DNA of 64,000 nucleotides from Heteronotia binoei (Eukaryota), in NCBI RefSeq assembly GCF_032191835.1, contig NC_083237.1:5952001-6016000 (forward strand), read 5' to 3'. Positions 22,907 to 46,500 of the stretch are shown here, piece by piece. The notes beneath the pieces were generated by a model. That model was not told the DNA's origin and ran no database searches. It worked only from the letters and a program-made list of their open reading frames with translations. The translations under genes were made by a program, and so were the position numbers. How positions within the stretch are numbered: position 1 is the first letter of the stretch; every line of letters starts with the position of its first letter.

Positions 22907-23232
22907 TGGACTCTCTGCCCTCCTTGTGTGCCTCCCTCCCTGACCCTCCCCCGCGCTCCACAATGGACAGATCCGTTCGCGACCCTCCCACGCCCCTCCT
23001 GCTTCCAGGAGGACGGCCTCTCCCTCCCGGGATGCTTCCGCAAGCCGTTGTTGGAGGGAGGCACTCTTGAGGAGGGGGTGCCTTTTCAGGGGACACAGCT
23101 CCCCCCTCCCCATTGGCCTCGGTTCTCTTCCACCCAGGCAAGTTCCTAGGAGCTGCTTGTTCATCCGCTCATTTCTTGGCACCCCTGTTGAAATGTTCCC
23201 CCCGTGCCCCGCGTTGGAATGGCTGAATGTTC

Positions 23233-23238
23233 AATAAA
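23233..23238 (+). terminator. NEDD8 polyadenylation signal AATAAA
   Basis: First AATAAA after the stop (about 330 nt), followed by T/GT-rich sequence. Confidence 0.75.
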
Positions 23239-23353
23239 GGTCTTTCAGAACCTTGGTGGGCTCCTGAGCAGTCCTGACTCTTGGGTGGTTTGCAGGGAGG
23301 GGGGTGGGATTCCTCAGTTGAGATTGGGAGGTGGCTCTTTCTCAGTGCTGTTT

Positions 23354-23630
23354 GGGCATGTGGAGGGATTTAAGGATTCGGGCATGTGGAGGGATTTAAG
23401 GATTCGGGCATGTGGATGGACTTAAGGATTCGGGCATGTTGAGGGATTTAAAGATTTAGGCATGTTGAGGGGTTTAAGGATTCGGGCACGTTGAGGGATT
23501 TAAGGACTCGGGCACGTTGAGGGATTTCAGGACTCGGGCACGTTGGGGGATTTAAGGACTCGGGCACGTTGAGGGATTTAAGGACTCGGGCATGTTGAGG
23601 GATTTAAGGATTCAGGCATTTGAGGGATGG
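23354..23630. repeat. 26-bp minisatellite, about 10-11 copies
   Basis: GGGCA(T/C)GT(G/T)GAGGGATTTAAGGA(T/C)TC repeated just downstream of the NEDD8 poly(A) signal. Confidence 0.92.
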
Positions 23631-23927
23631 GCTTTGTCTCCCCAGGTGGGTCGGGCTCAGTCTTTTTAAAAAATGTATTCCTTCTCTCCTGGGAGTTGTC
23701 GTTTGGGAAGTGGGACTGACGTAGGATTAACTGTATTTGTGTCCAACCGCACAGCACCAACTACTTCTCTAGAAATAAACAAGTTTAACAGGCAATGTAT
23801 AGTGGTTGGAGTGTCAGATGGCAGAGACCTGGATTCAAATCCCTGGGCCCTCTGCTCTGCAGCTAACTAGGTCACCTAGAGTTTAATCAGCCAAACCCAC
23901 TTTATAGGCTTGTGAGAATAAAACAAA

Positions 23928-24470
23928 ATCATAGAGTTGAAAGGGACCTCTAGGGTCATCTAGTTCAACCCCCTGCACAATGCAGGAAATTCAGAAACAC
24001 CTCCCCCTAAATTCACAGGATCCTCATTGCTGTCAGACGGCCATCTAGCCTCTTTAAAAACCTCCAAGGAAGGAGAGCCCACCACCTCCCAAGGAGGAAG
24101 CCTCTTCCACTGAGGAACCGCTCTAACGGTCAGGAAGTTCTTCCTAATGTTGAGCCGGAAATTCTTTTGATTTCATTTCAACCCATTGGTTCTGGTCCTA
24201 CCTTCCGGGGCCACAGAAAACAATTCCACACCATCCTCTCTATGACAGCCCTTCAATTCCCTGAAGATGGCGATCCTATCACCTCTCAGCCACCTCCTCT
24301 CCGGACTGAACATCCCCAGCTCCTTCAACCTTTCCTCATAGGACTTGGTCTCCAGACCCCTCACCATCTTCATCGCCCTCCTCTGGACCCGTTCCAGCTT
24401 GTCTAGATCCTTCTTAAAATGTGGCGCCCAAAACTGAACACAAGACTCCAGGTGAGGTCTTATCAGAGCA
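23928..24470 (-). mobile_element. CR1 LINE 3' fragment
   Basis: RPHLESCVQFWAPHFKKDLDKLERVQRRAMKMVRGLE...RTRTNGLK. Confidence 0.92.
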
Positions 24471-24719
24471 CAAAAGAGAGAACAAATGCTCTCAACCATC
24501 TTGTCTTGTAGATTCTCTGAAATGCATATACAGGGAGGGGGCGGGATTTGGAGACTATTTGGATTCCTAATTCCAGCCTTAAAAACAGCTGAATGCAAAA
24601 AGCCGTGTAGTCACTTTTTTCCTTCGGATCAAAATCAGGCCTCGTCTTGGGCAGGAACTCACAGGTGCGCACCTTTTTTATTGCACGCCTTCTTTCTTAC
24701 CCCCTTGTCCCCAACAATT

Positions 24720-25090
24720 GCTTCTGGGCTCCATCATTCTACCCCCTGTGAGAATTTTGCTGAGCTCTTAAGATCTGACAGACTTTCTAATATTTTTCAC
24801 GCACACGCAAAAAAGGGGAAAATAATCAAAACCTATCAAGCAGACCGATGGAAATCTTCCTCACGCCACTGCAGCCACGTAAGAGAAAGTGATTTTAAAA
24901 GTATGATGGGAGTCAGGCTTTCTTCTAACAATTATAATTCAAGAAGTAATTTAAGGTAGATGCTGAGCTGATATAATTTAGCACACCTTCCGGTGATGTC
25001 GGGTGTGTGGCGTTTGGAGATGAGTCCTGCAAATGAGTTGCGCTCGTGAGCTCCAGCGCCTCTTTTTTTCTATGAACTGACCCCTGATCT
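24720..25090. mobile_element. Dispersed DNA-transposon-like repeat; inverted copy at about 32950-33285
   Basis: GAGAATTTTGCTGAGCTCTTAAGATCTGACAGACTTT...AATTATAATTCAAGAAG...GATGCTGAGCTGA is reverse-complementary to the 33 kb copy. Confidence 0.6.
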
Positions 25091-25874
25091 AAATGATTCA
25101 ATAGGACATGCAGGCTTTTAGGAACTCCAGAATGCTGCGTCGAGCTGGTCCGTGGGAAAAGTTCTGCAGCACTCAAAAGCTTGCTCGGCATTGCATTATT
25201 TCGATTTGTATTAATAACGACACCTCACGCACGGCTCAGGGGTAGAGCACCTGCTTGGCATGCAGAAGGTCCCAAGTTCAATCCCTGGCATCTGCAGGCA
25301 AAAGGTTTAGGCTACAGGGGATCTTGAAGACCCCACTCTGAGACCCTGGAGAGCTGCTACCAATCGTGACCAACCCTGATGGGACTGGTGGTCTGATTCA
25401 GTGTAGGGCAGCTACGTGTCCCACCATACACAAACTTTGGATTTCTTTTGGGAGGAACCTGGGACCTTATGGAGGCCAAGCAGACGTGCAATAGAAGAAC
25501 CTCTGCTTGGCCTGCAGAAGGTCCCAGGTTTAATCTCTGGCATCTCCAGCTAACAGGAAAAATTGTTAAAGCCCTTTGCCTGAGATGAAATGCATGAGAA
25601 ATGTATTAAAAAGATTCTTGGCATGAGGATTCCAGTGTATTCATGCTTCCGCCCTGAGCCCTTTCCCCTGGAACCGGGATCAGTTCCCTTCCCGGATAGG
25701 AAGCCAGTTTGCTGAGTGGCAGAGCATCTGCTTGGCATGCAGGAGGTCCAAAGTTCAATCCCCAGCCTCTCTGATTGAAAGGCCCAGGGAGGAAGGGATG
25801 GGAAGGACCTCAGCCTGAGGTCGCAGAAAACTGCAGCCAGTTCAGTTCAGTATAAAGCAGCTCTTTCTCTTGGA

Positions 25875-26595
25875 GAACCAGTTTGGTGTAGTGGTGAAGT
25901 GTGTGGACTCTTATCTGGAAGAACCGGGTTTGATTCCCCACTCCTCCACTTGCACCTGCTGGAATGGCCTTGGGTCAGCCATAGCTCTGGCAGAGGTTGT
26001 CCTTGAAAGGGCAGCTGCTGTGAGAGCCCTCTCCAGCCCCACCCACCTCACAGGGTGTCTGTTGTGGGGGAGGAAGGGAAAGGAGATTGTAGGCTGCTCT
26101 GAGTCTCTGTCCTTGAAAGGGCAGCTGCTGTGAGAGCCCACTCAGCCTCACCCACCTCACAGGGTGTCTGTTGTGGATGAGGAAGATAAAGGAGATTGTA
26201 GGCTGCTCTGAGTCTCTGTCCTTGAAAGGGCAGCTGCTGTGAGAGCCCTCTCAGCCTCACCCTCCTCACAGTGTGTCTGTTGTGGGGGAGGAAGATAAAG
26301 GAGATTGTAGGCTGCTCTGAGTCTCTGTCCTTGAAAGGGCAGCTGCTGTGAGAGCCCTCTCAGCCTCACCCACCTCACAGTGTGTCTGTTGTGGGGGAGG
26401 AAGATAAAGGAGATTGTAGGCTGCTCTGAGTCTCTGTCCTTGAAAGGGCAGCTGCTGTGAGAGCCCTCTCAGCCATTCACCCACCCCATAGGGTGTCTGT
26501 TGTCGGGGACGGAGGGAAAGGAGATTGTGAATCGTTCTGAGACTCTTCAGAGTGGAGGGCGGGATATAAATCCAATATCCTTCTTCTTCCTCTTC
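25875..26595 (+). mobile_element. tRNA-head, MIR/CORE-like SINE with an internal 109-bp unit repeated five times
   Basis: One head, then TCCTTGAAAGGGCAGCTGCTGTGAGAGCCC...CTCTGAGTCTCTG five times, then a (CTT)n tail. The same architecture (x3) occurs at 29783-30290 and 44385-44885. Confidence 0.85.
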
Positions 26596-26970
26596 TCTGG
26601 TCAATAATGGGTTTTACAGGCTTTTTGTCTGGGGGCTTTGCTACGTGCTCCTGATGAAGTCAAATCTAAGAATCCTTGCTCCGAAGGCTGGTTTCGATGG
26701 GGTCACTGGACTCTTGCTAGGTGTTACTGTGGCACCTTGACACAGTTTACCTCTGGGAAGTGATTGCTTTTGTAACCGGTAGGCTGGGGAGAGAGAAAAG
26801 GGAAGAAGCAAAGTCACGTTTGGTTGATAGAAGGGCAGGGGTGTAAAGAACGAAGAGAAAGAGGGCTCCGAAAGACTGGTCTCCCCCACCCACGAATGAA
26901 GTAGTGGCTGCCTTGATCCCCAGTCCTGAACTTACATGGCAGCCTACTGTGTTGTTGTAGTGCTGGACCG

Positions 26971-27370
26971 GGGAGCTGATCTCTGCCAGCTGGAGATTGG
27001 TTGCAAAAGCGGGAGATCTCCAGATCCCGCCTGGAGGCTGGCAACCCCACCTCCTGCAAAGCAGCCATTTCCTCCAGGGGGAGCTGATCTCTGCCAGCTG
27101 GAGATTGGTTGCAAAAGCGGGAGATCTCCAGATCCCGCCTGGAGGCTGGCAACCCCACCTCCTGCAAAGCAGCCATTTCCTCCAGGGGGAGCTGATCTCT
27201 GCCAGCTGGAGGTCGGTTGCAAAAGCGGGAGATCTCCAGACCCCGCCTGGAGGCTGGCAACCCCACCTCCTGCAAAGCAGCCATTTCCTCCAGGGGGAGC
27301 TGATTTCTGCCAGCTGGAGGTCGGTTGCAAAAGCGGGAGATCTCCAGACCCCACCTCAAGCTGGCAGCCC
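26971..27370. repeat. 108-bp tandem repeat, about 3.6 copies, MITE-derived
   Basis: GGAGCTGATCTCTGCCAGCTGGAG...GGCAACCCCACCTCCTGCAAAGCAGCCATTTCCTCCAG; related single copies at about 14013 and 31040. Confidence 0.88.
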
Positions 27371-27406
27371 AAGTGTTCCGAAGAACAAGGAAACAAAACA
27401 TCACCA

Positions 27407-27922
27407 AGGGTTGCCCAGTCCAATTCAAGAAATATCTGGGGACTTTGGGGGTGGAGCCAGGAGACATTAGGGGTGGAGCCAAGATCAAGGCTGTGACAAG
27501 CATCATTGAACTCCAAAGGGAGTTCTGGCCATCCCATTTAAAGGGACGGCACACCTTTTCGATTCCTTCCTTCCATAGGAAATCATGAAGGATAGGGGCA
27601 CCTTCTTTTGGGGCTCATAGAATTGGACCCCCTGGTCCAAACTTTTTGAAACTTGGGGGGTATTTTGGGGAGAGGCACTAGATGCTATACTGAAAATTTG
27701 GTGCCTCTACCCCAAAAGACAACCCCACCCAAAGCCCCAGATACCCGCGGATCAATTCTCCATGATTTTCTATGGGAATAAATCTCCATAGGGAATAGCA
27801 GAGTTCCCAGCAAACATTTCCCTCCCCTCCCCCCCCCCCCCCCACTTTCTGACGACCCTGAAGCGGGGGGAGGGCCTCCAAACTGGGGGATCCCCTGCCC
27901 CCACCTGGGGATTGGCAACCCT
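27407..27922. mobile_element. Non-autonomous hAT element (AGGGTTGCC family), reverse orientation
   Basis: Ends AGGGTTGCC / GGCAACCCT; internal sequence matches 9502-10057. Confidence 0.8.
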
Positions 27923-28206
27923 CACACCTTGGGATAATAACGAACGATGCTACCGCTGCAAAATTGTTGGGGGTTTTGTTAAATAAGTTTTCTGAATGCA
28001 CAAAGAGTGGGGTTTTCCTCGCGTGGCCCGCCGGGAGCAGCGGGGCTGGCGCGGAAGCAGTTAAGCGGGGCGCTTGGCGGCCACGTGGGGAGGGAGGGCG
28101 GGAGGCCAGAGGCTGCGGGGTGGGGCTGGCCCGCTCACAGCAGGAGGCAGCTGCCGGGTCGAGCCGCCCGCAGGCAGGGAAGGCAGAAGCCTCGAACGGG
28201 GCCGGG

Positions 28207-41077
<12,871 letters not shown>

Positions 41078-41194
41078 AGTATCACCACCTCACAACTCCC
41101 TCCTTCAAAGCCTGCCATTTCCCCCACTCCCCTCCGCTTCTCTTTTCACACATGGGGGATGCGTGCAGGGGAGTTGAGGGCTCTGATGCCGTCC

Positions 41195-41200
41195 AATAAA
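41195..41200 (+). terminator. MDP1 polyadenylation signal AATAAA
   Basis: AATAAA about 120 nt after the stop, followed by a GT-rich element (gtggtgtgcttctgtgtgtc). Confidence 0.8.
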
Positions 41201-41769
41201 CCCTTACTGCTACCCCGTGGTGTGCTTCTGTGTGTCTCTCTTTGAGCTGCTGTTCACCTCATCCAGCGTGGAAAGCATCGAGATTTCAAGCGGGTAAAAG
41301 ACCACTTTGAGGAAAAGCTGGAGCTGGGGACTCATCACACCCACCTTCCTTTGTGGTGGCTCATTTCTTGCCCGTCAGTATTTTTATTTTTTATTTTATT
41401 CGATTTGTATCCCGCCCTCCCCACCGAAGCAGGCTCAGGGCGGCTTACAACATAAAACCCCAAGAACAATAGATTAATAGTATTAAAATACACATTCAAT
41501 AATAAATAACAATAATTAAAACAGTTAAAACAGAAAACAGATTATTAAGTTGGTGCTATTCTGATGGCGGCGGCCTTCTTCCACGGCACTTAAATACCGG
41601 TGTCAGTCAATTGTATGCCAGGCCCTCACTTCATCTGGTAATTGGTTCCACCATCAGGGGGCTATGATTGAGAAGGCCCTGTCTCTAGTGGATTTCAATC
41701 AGTAATGCTATAAGACTTGCTGTGAGGGGAAGGAAAGGAGTCTCTCAACCTCCTTTGAACCACCTATGT

Positions 41770-41904
41770 CAGAGGTGGCCAACAGTAGCTCTCCAGATGT
41801 TTTTTGCCTACAACTCCCATCAGCCCCAGCCATTGGCCATGCTAGCTGGGGCTGATGAGAGTTGTAGGCAAAAAACATCTTGAGAGCTACCGTTGGCCAC
41901 CCTG
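41770..41904. mobile_element. Hairpin hAT MITE (same family as 6182-6321)
   Basis: Palindrome with an exact 8-bp TSD ACCTATGT. Confidence 0.88.
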
Positions 41905-43010
41905 ACCTATGTTATGGTAATACCTGCTTTCAGGTGTAGAATTGGAAAGCACACTCCATTTGCACTAGCCTGCTGGAAGCCTCTAAGCAAGGATGCACAG
42001 GCTGGGTTCTGGTTATTACTTAGTGAGGAATGCACTTGGTCAGAGAGACAACACAGTGTGGGAGAGATCTGGGGTTTGTGATTTTATTTTTTAATTTAGT
42101 GGAGATTTTTTTCAACTATTATCGTGAGCTGCCTTGAACCCCAAGGAAAGGTGGGACTTAAATGTTTTAATAAATGAAATTTTCACATGCTCCAAAGATG
42201 CAAGCCGGTTGGATAGGATGGGGTAGCAGTTCACCGTTGGACTATGGAGAGCCGGGTTCGAAGCCGGCTGGGGGGACAGTCATACGCTCTCAGCCTCACC
42301 TACTTCACAGCGTTGGCGTGAGGATAACATGGAGATGAGGAGAATTATGTCAGCTGCTTTGGGTTCCTGTTATAGAGAAAGGTGGGGTCTGAATAAAGTT
42401 TTAAAAAAATGTTTAATCAAGGTGGTCACTGGAGAGTCGAATTTAACAGAACTGGAGATATTAATGGGGTGGATAGACAGGAGTCTCTGTCTTAGCTCCT
42501 CAGGGTGCCTGGTAAGAATTGTTCTCTCTTCACCTGTGGAATGTCAGAAGTCCTTCAACTGTTGAACGTCCTGCAGGGTGCTGCCCCCAAGACAGGGAAG
42601 GGACTCAAGCAAAAAGAAGATATTGTGTGAGTGTGTGTTTGTGTTATGACTTAATGGCCACCTGATGTATTGCAGTGGCTTAAAAACAGATGTCCTTCAA
42701 AGGAAGTTTTGCATCCCTCCAAAATAGTCCCCAGCCTTAAATGAAATAGGTCAGGACCACTTTGAAAAAAATAAAAAGGCGGCTCCTTTAAGGCCGAAAG
42801 GCCTGTCACGTGATTTCGCGTTCTACAAGCCCTCGCTGGCTACGCTTTTGGTCACGTGCTCAGAAACAGTCTAAAGAGATAAAGCAAAAAAGGGGGGTTT
42901 TATATAATCTTCACTTCTGGCTCCCAATCTTTTTTTCCACAGCAGAAATAAAAGGGAAATCCTTACAAAGGGCAAGACGACTGGCTCCTTGCAGTGCACT
43001 TTGAACTAAT

Positions 43011-43197
43011 CAGGGCTTTTTTTTTTAGCAGGAACGCAGCTCCGGCCAGCTTGGTGTCAGGGGGTGTGGTCACCTAACATGCAAGTTCCTGCTGGGCTTT
43101 TCTACAAAAAAGCCCTATGCAAAATCATGGAGGCTCGGGGGTGTGGCCTAATAAGCAAATGAGTTCCACCTGGGCCTTTTCTACAAGAAAAGCCCTG
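43011..43197. mobile_element. hAT MITE inside the CHMP4A upstream region
   Basis: TIRs CAGGGCTTTT / AAAAGCCCTG; flanks GAACTAAT/GAAACAAT (6 of 8). Confidence 0.7.
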
Positions 43198-43507
43198 GAA
43201 ACAATTACGAAACCATTCAAATGCTTCTTTTTGGAAAAACCTGCAAACCTCTGCAAGGAAAGGAAGTGCCATGAATGGTCGGAGTCCAGGATTCCCATGG
43301 ATTCCTATGGAATCTCTCCCCCTGTTAACCCGCATATAGAGAGGCTCTCCCCCCGCCAGCGGCGATTGAGAACCCGACTTCGTCATGTCAAACTGAAGAC
43401 TGCAGCCTCGCGGCAGCTCTCCCCCCTCCCCTACTCATGTGACGGGGCGGAGTCCGAGAGGTGGGTGAAGCCGGAAGAAGAAGGGGAGCAAATTCCCAGG
43501 AGGAGAG

Positions 43508-43538
43508 ATGAGCGGCTTGGGGAAGCTTTTCGGGAAGG
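43508..43538 (+). CDS. CHMP4A: CHMP4A exon 1 CDS
   Basis: [10 protein letters not shown]+G, donor GTGAGG. Confidence 0.92.
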
Positions 43539-46500
43539 GTGAGGCTTTTTCATTTCCTTCTTTCCCACCCCCCGGAGGGAGATGGTAGCGCCTAGTCCTC
43601 CTAGGGGGGTCGTGGAGACTCGGGAGCAACCAAGTGCTCTGGAGGGGCGGTAGAGAAAAGGGAATGTTGGACGGGAAAGGAGAAGAGCGACAGCCAAGAA
43701 ATGGCTGTTCCATTAAAAAAAAAATTGATCCAAATTCCCTCTTTGATGGAGAAGGAAGCACAAGACTTCCGGGGGGGTGGGCAGGTGGAGGGTTCATTTC
43801 CATCTGTGGTGCCCCCCCCCCTTTTCCCATGCTTGTTTTTCTGCGGGTAGGACTGTACCAGTTCACCCCTTTTGAATGCAAGAGAATTGCTCACTGACTG
43901 GGGCAGAGTATGGATGCTGGGAAAAGCCCATAATGCACTGGGCTTTGGCTTGAGTCTCCCAGAGAAGCAGTGTGGCGGTCTGGACCGCTGCACCAGGATC
44001 TAGGAGACCCGAGTTCGAATCTCCGCTCTGTCGTGGAAGCTCACTGGGTGACCCTGGGCCTCTCACACCCTCTCAACCTAATTGTTGTGAGGATAAAATG
44101 GAGGAAAAGAGGATGAAGTAAGACATTTGGGGTCCCTGCTGGGGAGGTAACGGAAATATTTCCTTCTGCAGCTCTTCTAGGGAGCGGTTCTTGCCCCATC
44201 TTTAGGCCAAGGTGCACGACAACTGGAGACTTTACAGGCAGAGGTGGAATTCCAGCAGGAGCTCCTTTGCATATTAGGCCACACCCTCCTGATGTAACCA
44301 GTCCTCCAGGAGCTTACAAGGCTCTTTTTTGTAAGCTCTTGGAGGATTCGCCACGTCAGGGGGGCATGACCTAATATGCAGAGGAGCCAGTCTGGTGTAA
44401 TGGTTAAGTGTGCGGACTCTTATATGGAAGAACCGGGTTGGATTCCCCACTCCTCCACTTGCACCTTCTGGAATAGCCTTGGGTCAGCCATAGCTCTCGC
44501 AGAGCTGTCCTTGAAAGGGCAGCTTCTGGGAGAGCCTTCTCAGCCCCACCCACTTCACAGGGTGTCTGTTGTGGGGAAGAAGGGAGAGGAGATTGTAGGC
44601 TGCTCTGAGCCTCTGTCCTTGAAAGGGCAGCTTCTGGGAGAGCTCTCTCAGCCCCACCCACCTCACAGGGTGTCTGTTGTGGAGGAGGAAGGGGAAGGAG
44701 ATTGTAGGCCACTCTGAGCCTCTGCCCTTGAAAGGGCAGCTTCCATAAGACCTCTCTCAGCCCCACCCACCTCACAGGGTGTCTGTTGTGGGGGAGGAAG
44801 ATAAAGGAGATTGTGAGCCGCTCTGAGTCTCTGATTCAGAGAGATGGGTGGGGTATAAATCTGCAATTCTTCTTCTTCTCCTCCTGCTAGAATCCCAACC
44901 CTGCTTACAGGTGTTCCTGTTATCCCCTTTCCTAAATCCTGCCTCTCTCCGTCCCTTTCTAGGCAAGAAGGCCAAAGCGCCTACCCCGCAAGAGGCCATC
45001 CAGAAGCTGCGGGAGACCGAGGAGGTGCTGGTCAAGAAACAAGAGTTCTTGGAGCAGAAGATCCAGCAGGAGCTGCAGGCAGCCAAGAAACATGGGACCA
45101 AGAACAAGAGGGGTAATTGCGGGAGGGAGGGCAGGCTGGGAAAGCGTGGATGAGGAAGAGGCACAAAAGCAGATTCTTGGGGGGGCGGGGGGGGGACAGG
45201 CACCGCTGGTATGTAAACGATGGTTGCATAGGGTTGCCAATCCCCAGGTGGGGGTAGGGGATCCCCCGGTTTGGAGGCCCTCCCCCTGCTTCAGGGTCAT
45301 CAGAAAGCAGGGTGGGGGGAGGGAAATGTCTGCTGGACACTCCATTATTCCCTAAGGAGACTGATTCCTGTTTTCTGAGGTAGAGGCACCAAATTTTCAG
45401 CATAGCATCCGATGCCTCTCTTCAAAACACCCTCCAAGTTTCTAAAGGATTGGACTTGGGGGATCCCGTTCTATGAGTCCCCAAAGAAGGTGCCCGATCC
45501 TATCCATTATTTCCAAAGATGGCAGACATTTAAAGGTGTGCTGTCTCTTTAAATGTGTTGGCCAGAACTCCCTTTGGAGTTCAATTATTCTTGTCACAAC
45601 CTTGCTCCTGGCTCCACCCTCAATGTTTGCTGTCTCCACCCCCAAAGTCCCCGGATATTTCTTGAATTGGACCTGGCAACCGGCGTTCCCTCCAAGCTGA
45701 GTTAGCGTGAGCTAGCTCACAATTTTTTCGCCTCCAGCTCACACATTTTTGTCTCAGCTCAGGAAAAATGGCCCCAGAGCAAACTAAGGAATGCAGTTAG
45801 CTCGCAATGGAGAATTTTTGTTTGCAAGACTCCCCAGCTTAGAGGGAACATTGCTGGCAACCTTACGGTTCCTTAAGAGGAACGAAGACTAAATAAGGAT
45901 GGGAGGAAGGTTGAGGGTTGAGAGAGGGCAAGCTTGGAGTCTAAGAGAGACATTATCCCCTTAGAATTGATGGGGAGAGGTGTGACGGGAGGTCACCTGG
46001 GTAGGCGTTTTCAGCTGCTCCGTAGCTCCTAGAGTCCAGCTGGTTCAGAAGACAGGCTTGGCCAGCAGGCCTCCACTGGGAGATGTTAGGAGGAAAAAGA
46101 AGACAGTGCGCGACAATATCGGCCGCCCACAGCGTTTAAAGCTATTTAAATGTATTAAAATACATTCAGGACTTTGTTGTCATTGAAGACAGTCAAAATG
46201 GCAGAGGGTGGAAGGGACTTCCTGTGTTCACTTCCTGGTATTTCCCCTCCTAATAATATTTATTTAACACTACAGAACCCAGTGGCACCTTGAAGACAAA
46301 TAAGGTTTTATTCAGGGTGTGAGCTTTCTTGTGCATGCACGCTTCCTCAAACAGTATCAGTGTGCGTTCACACGAATGCTCACACCCTGAATAAAACGCC
46401 GTTGGCCTTCAAGGCGCCCCGGACTCAAACTTCGTTCCTCTCCTTCATGCCAACACGGCTTCCCACTTGGATCTATTTAACGCTTCAGTGATGCAAGTGT

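Larger units (their letters stand above)
42800..43540 (+). promoter_or_regulatory. CHMP4A promoter region
   Basis: E-boxes GTCACGTGAT (42805-42814) and GTCACGTGCT (42851-42860), GC box GGGGCGGAGT (43444-43453) and ETS-like CCGGAAG (43471-43477) upstream of the ATG at 43508. Confidence 0.6.

Noticed and set aside
26814-27554. 246-aa and other long repetitive ORFs (also 28135-29695)
   Set aside because: Produced by stop-poor GC-rich tandem repeats; no recognisable domain or splice context.
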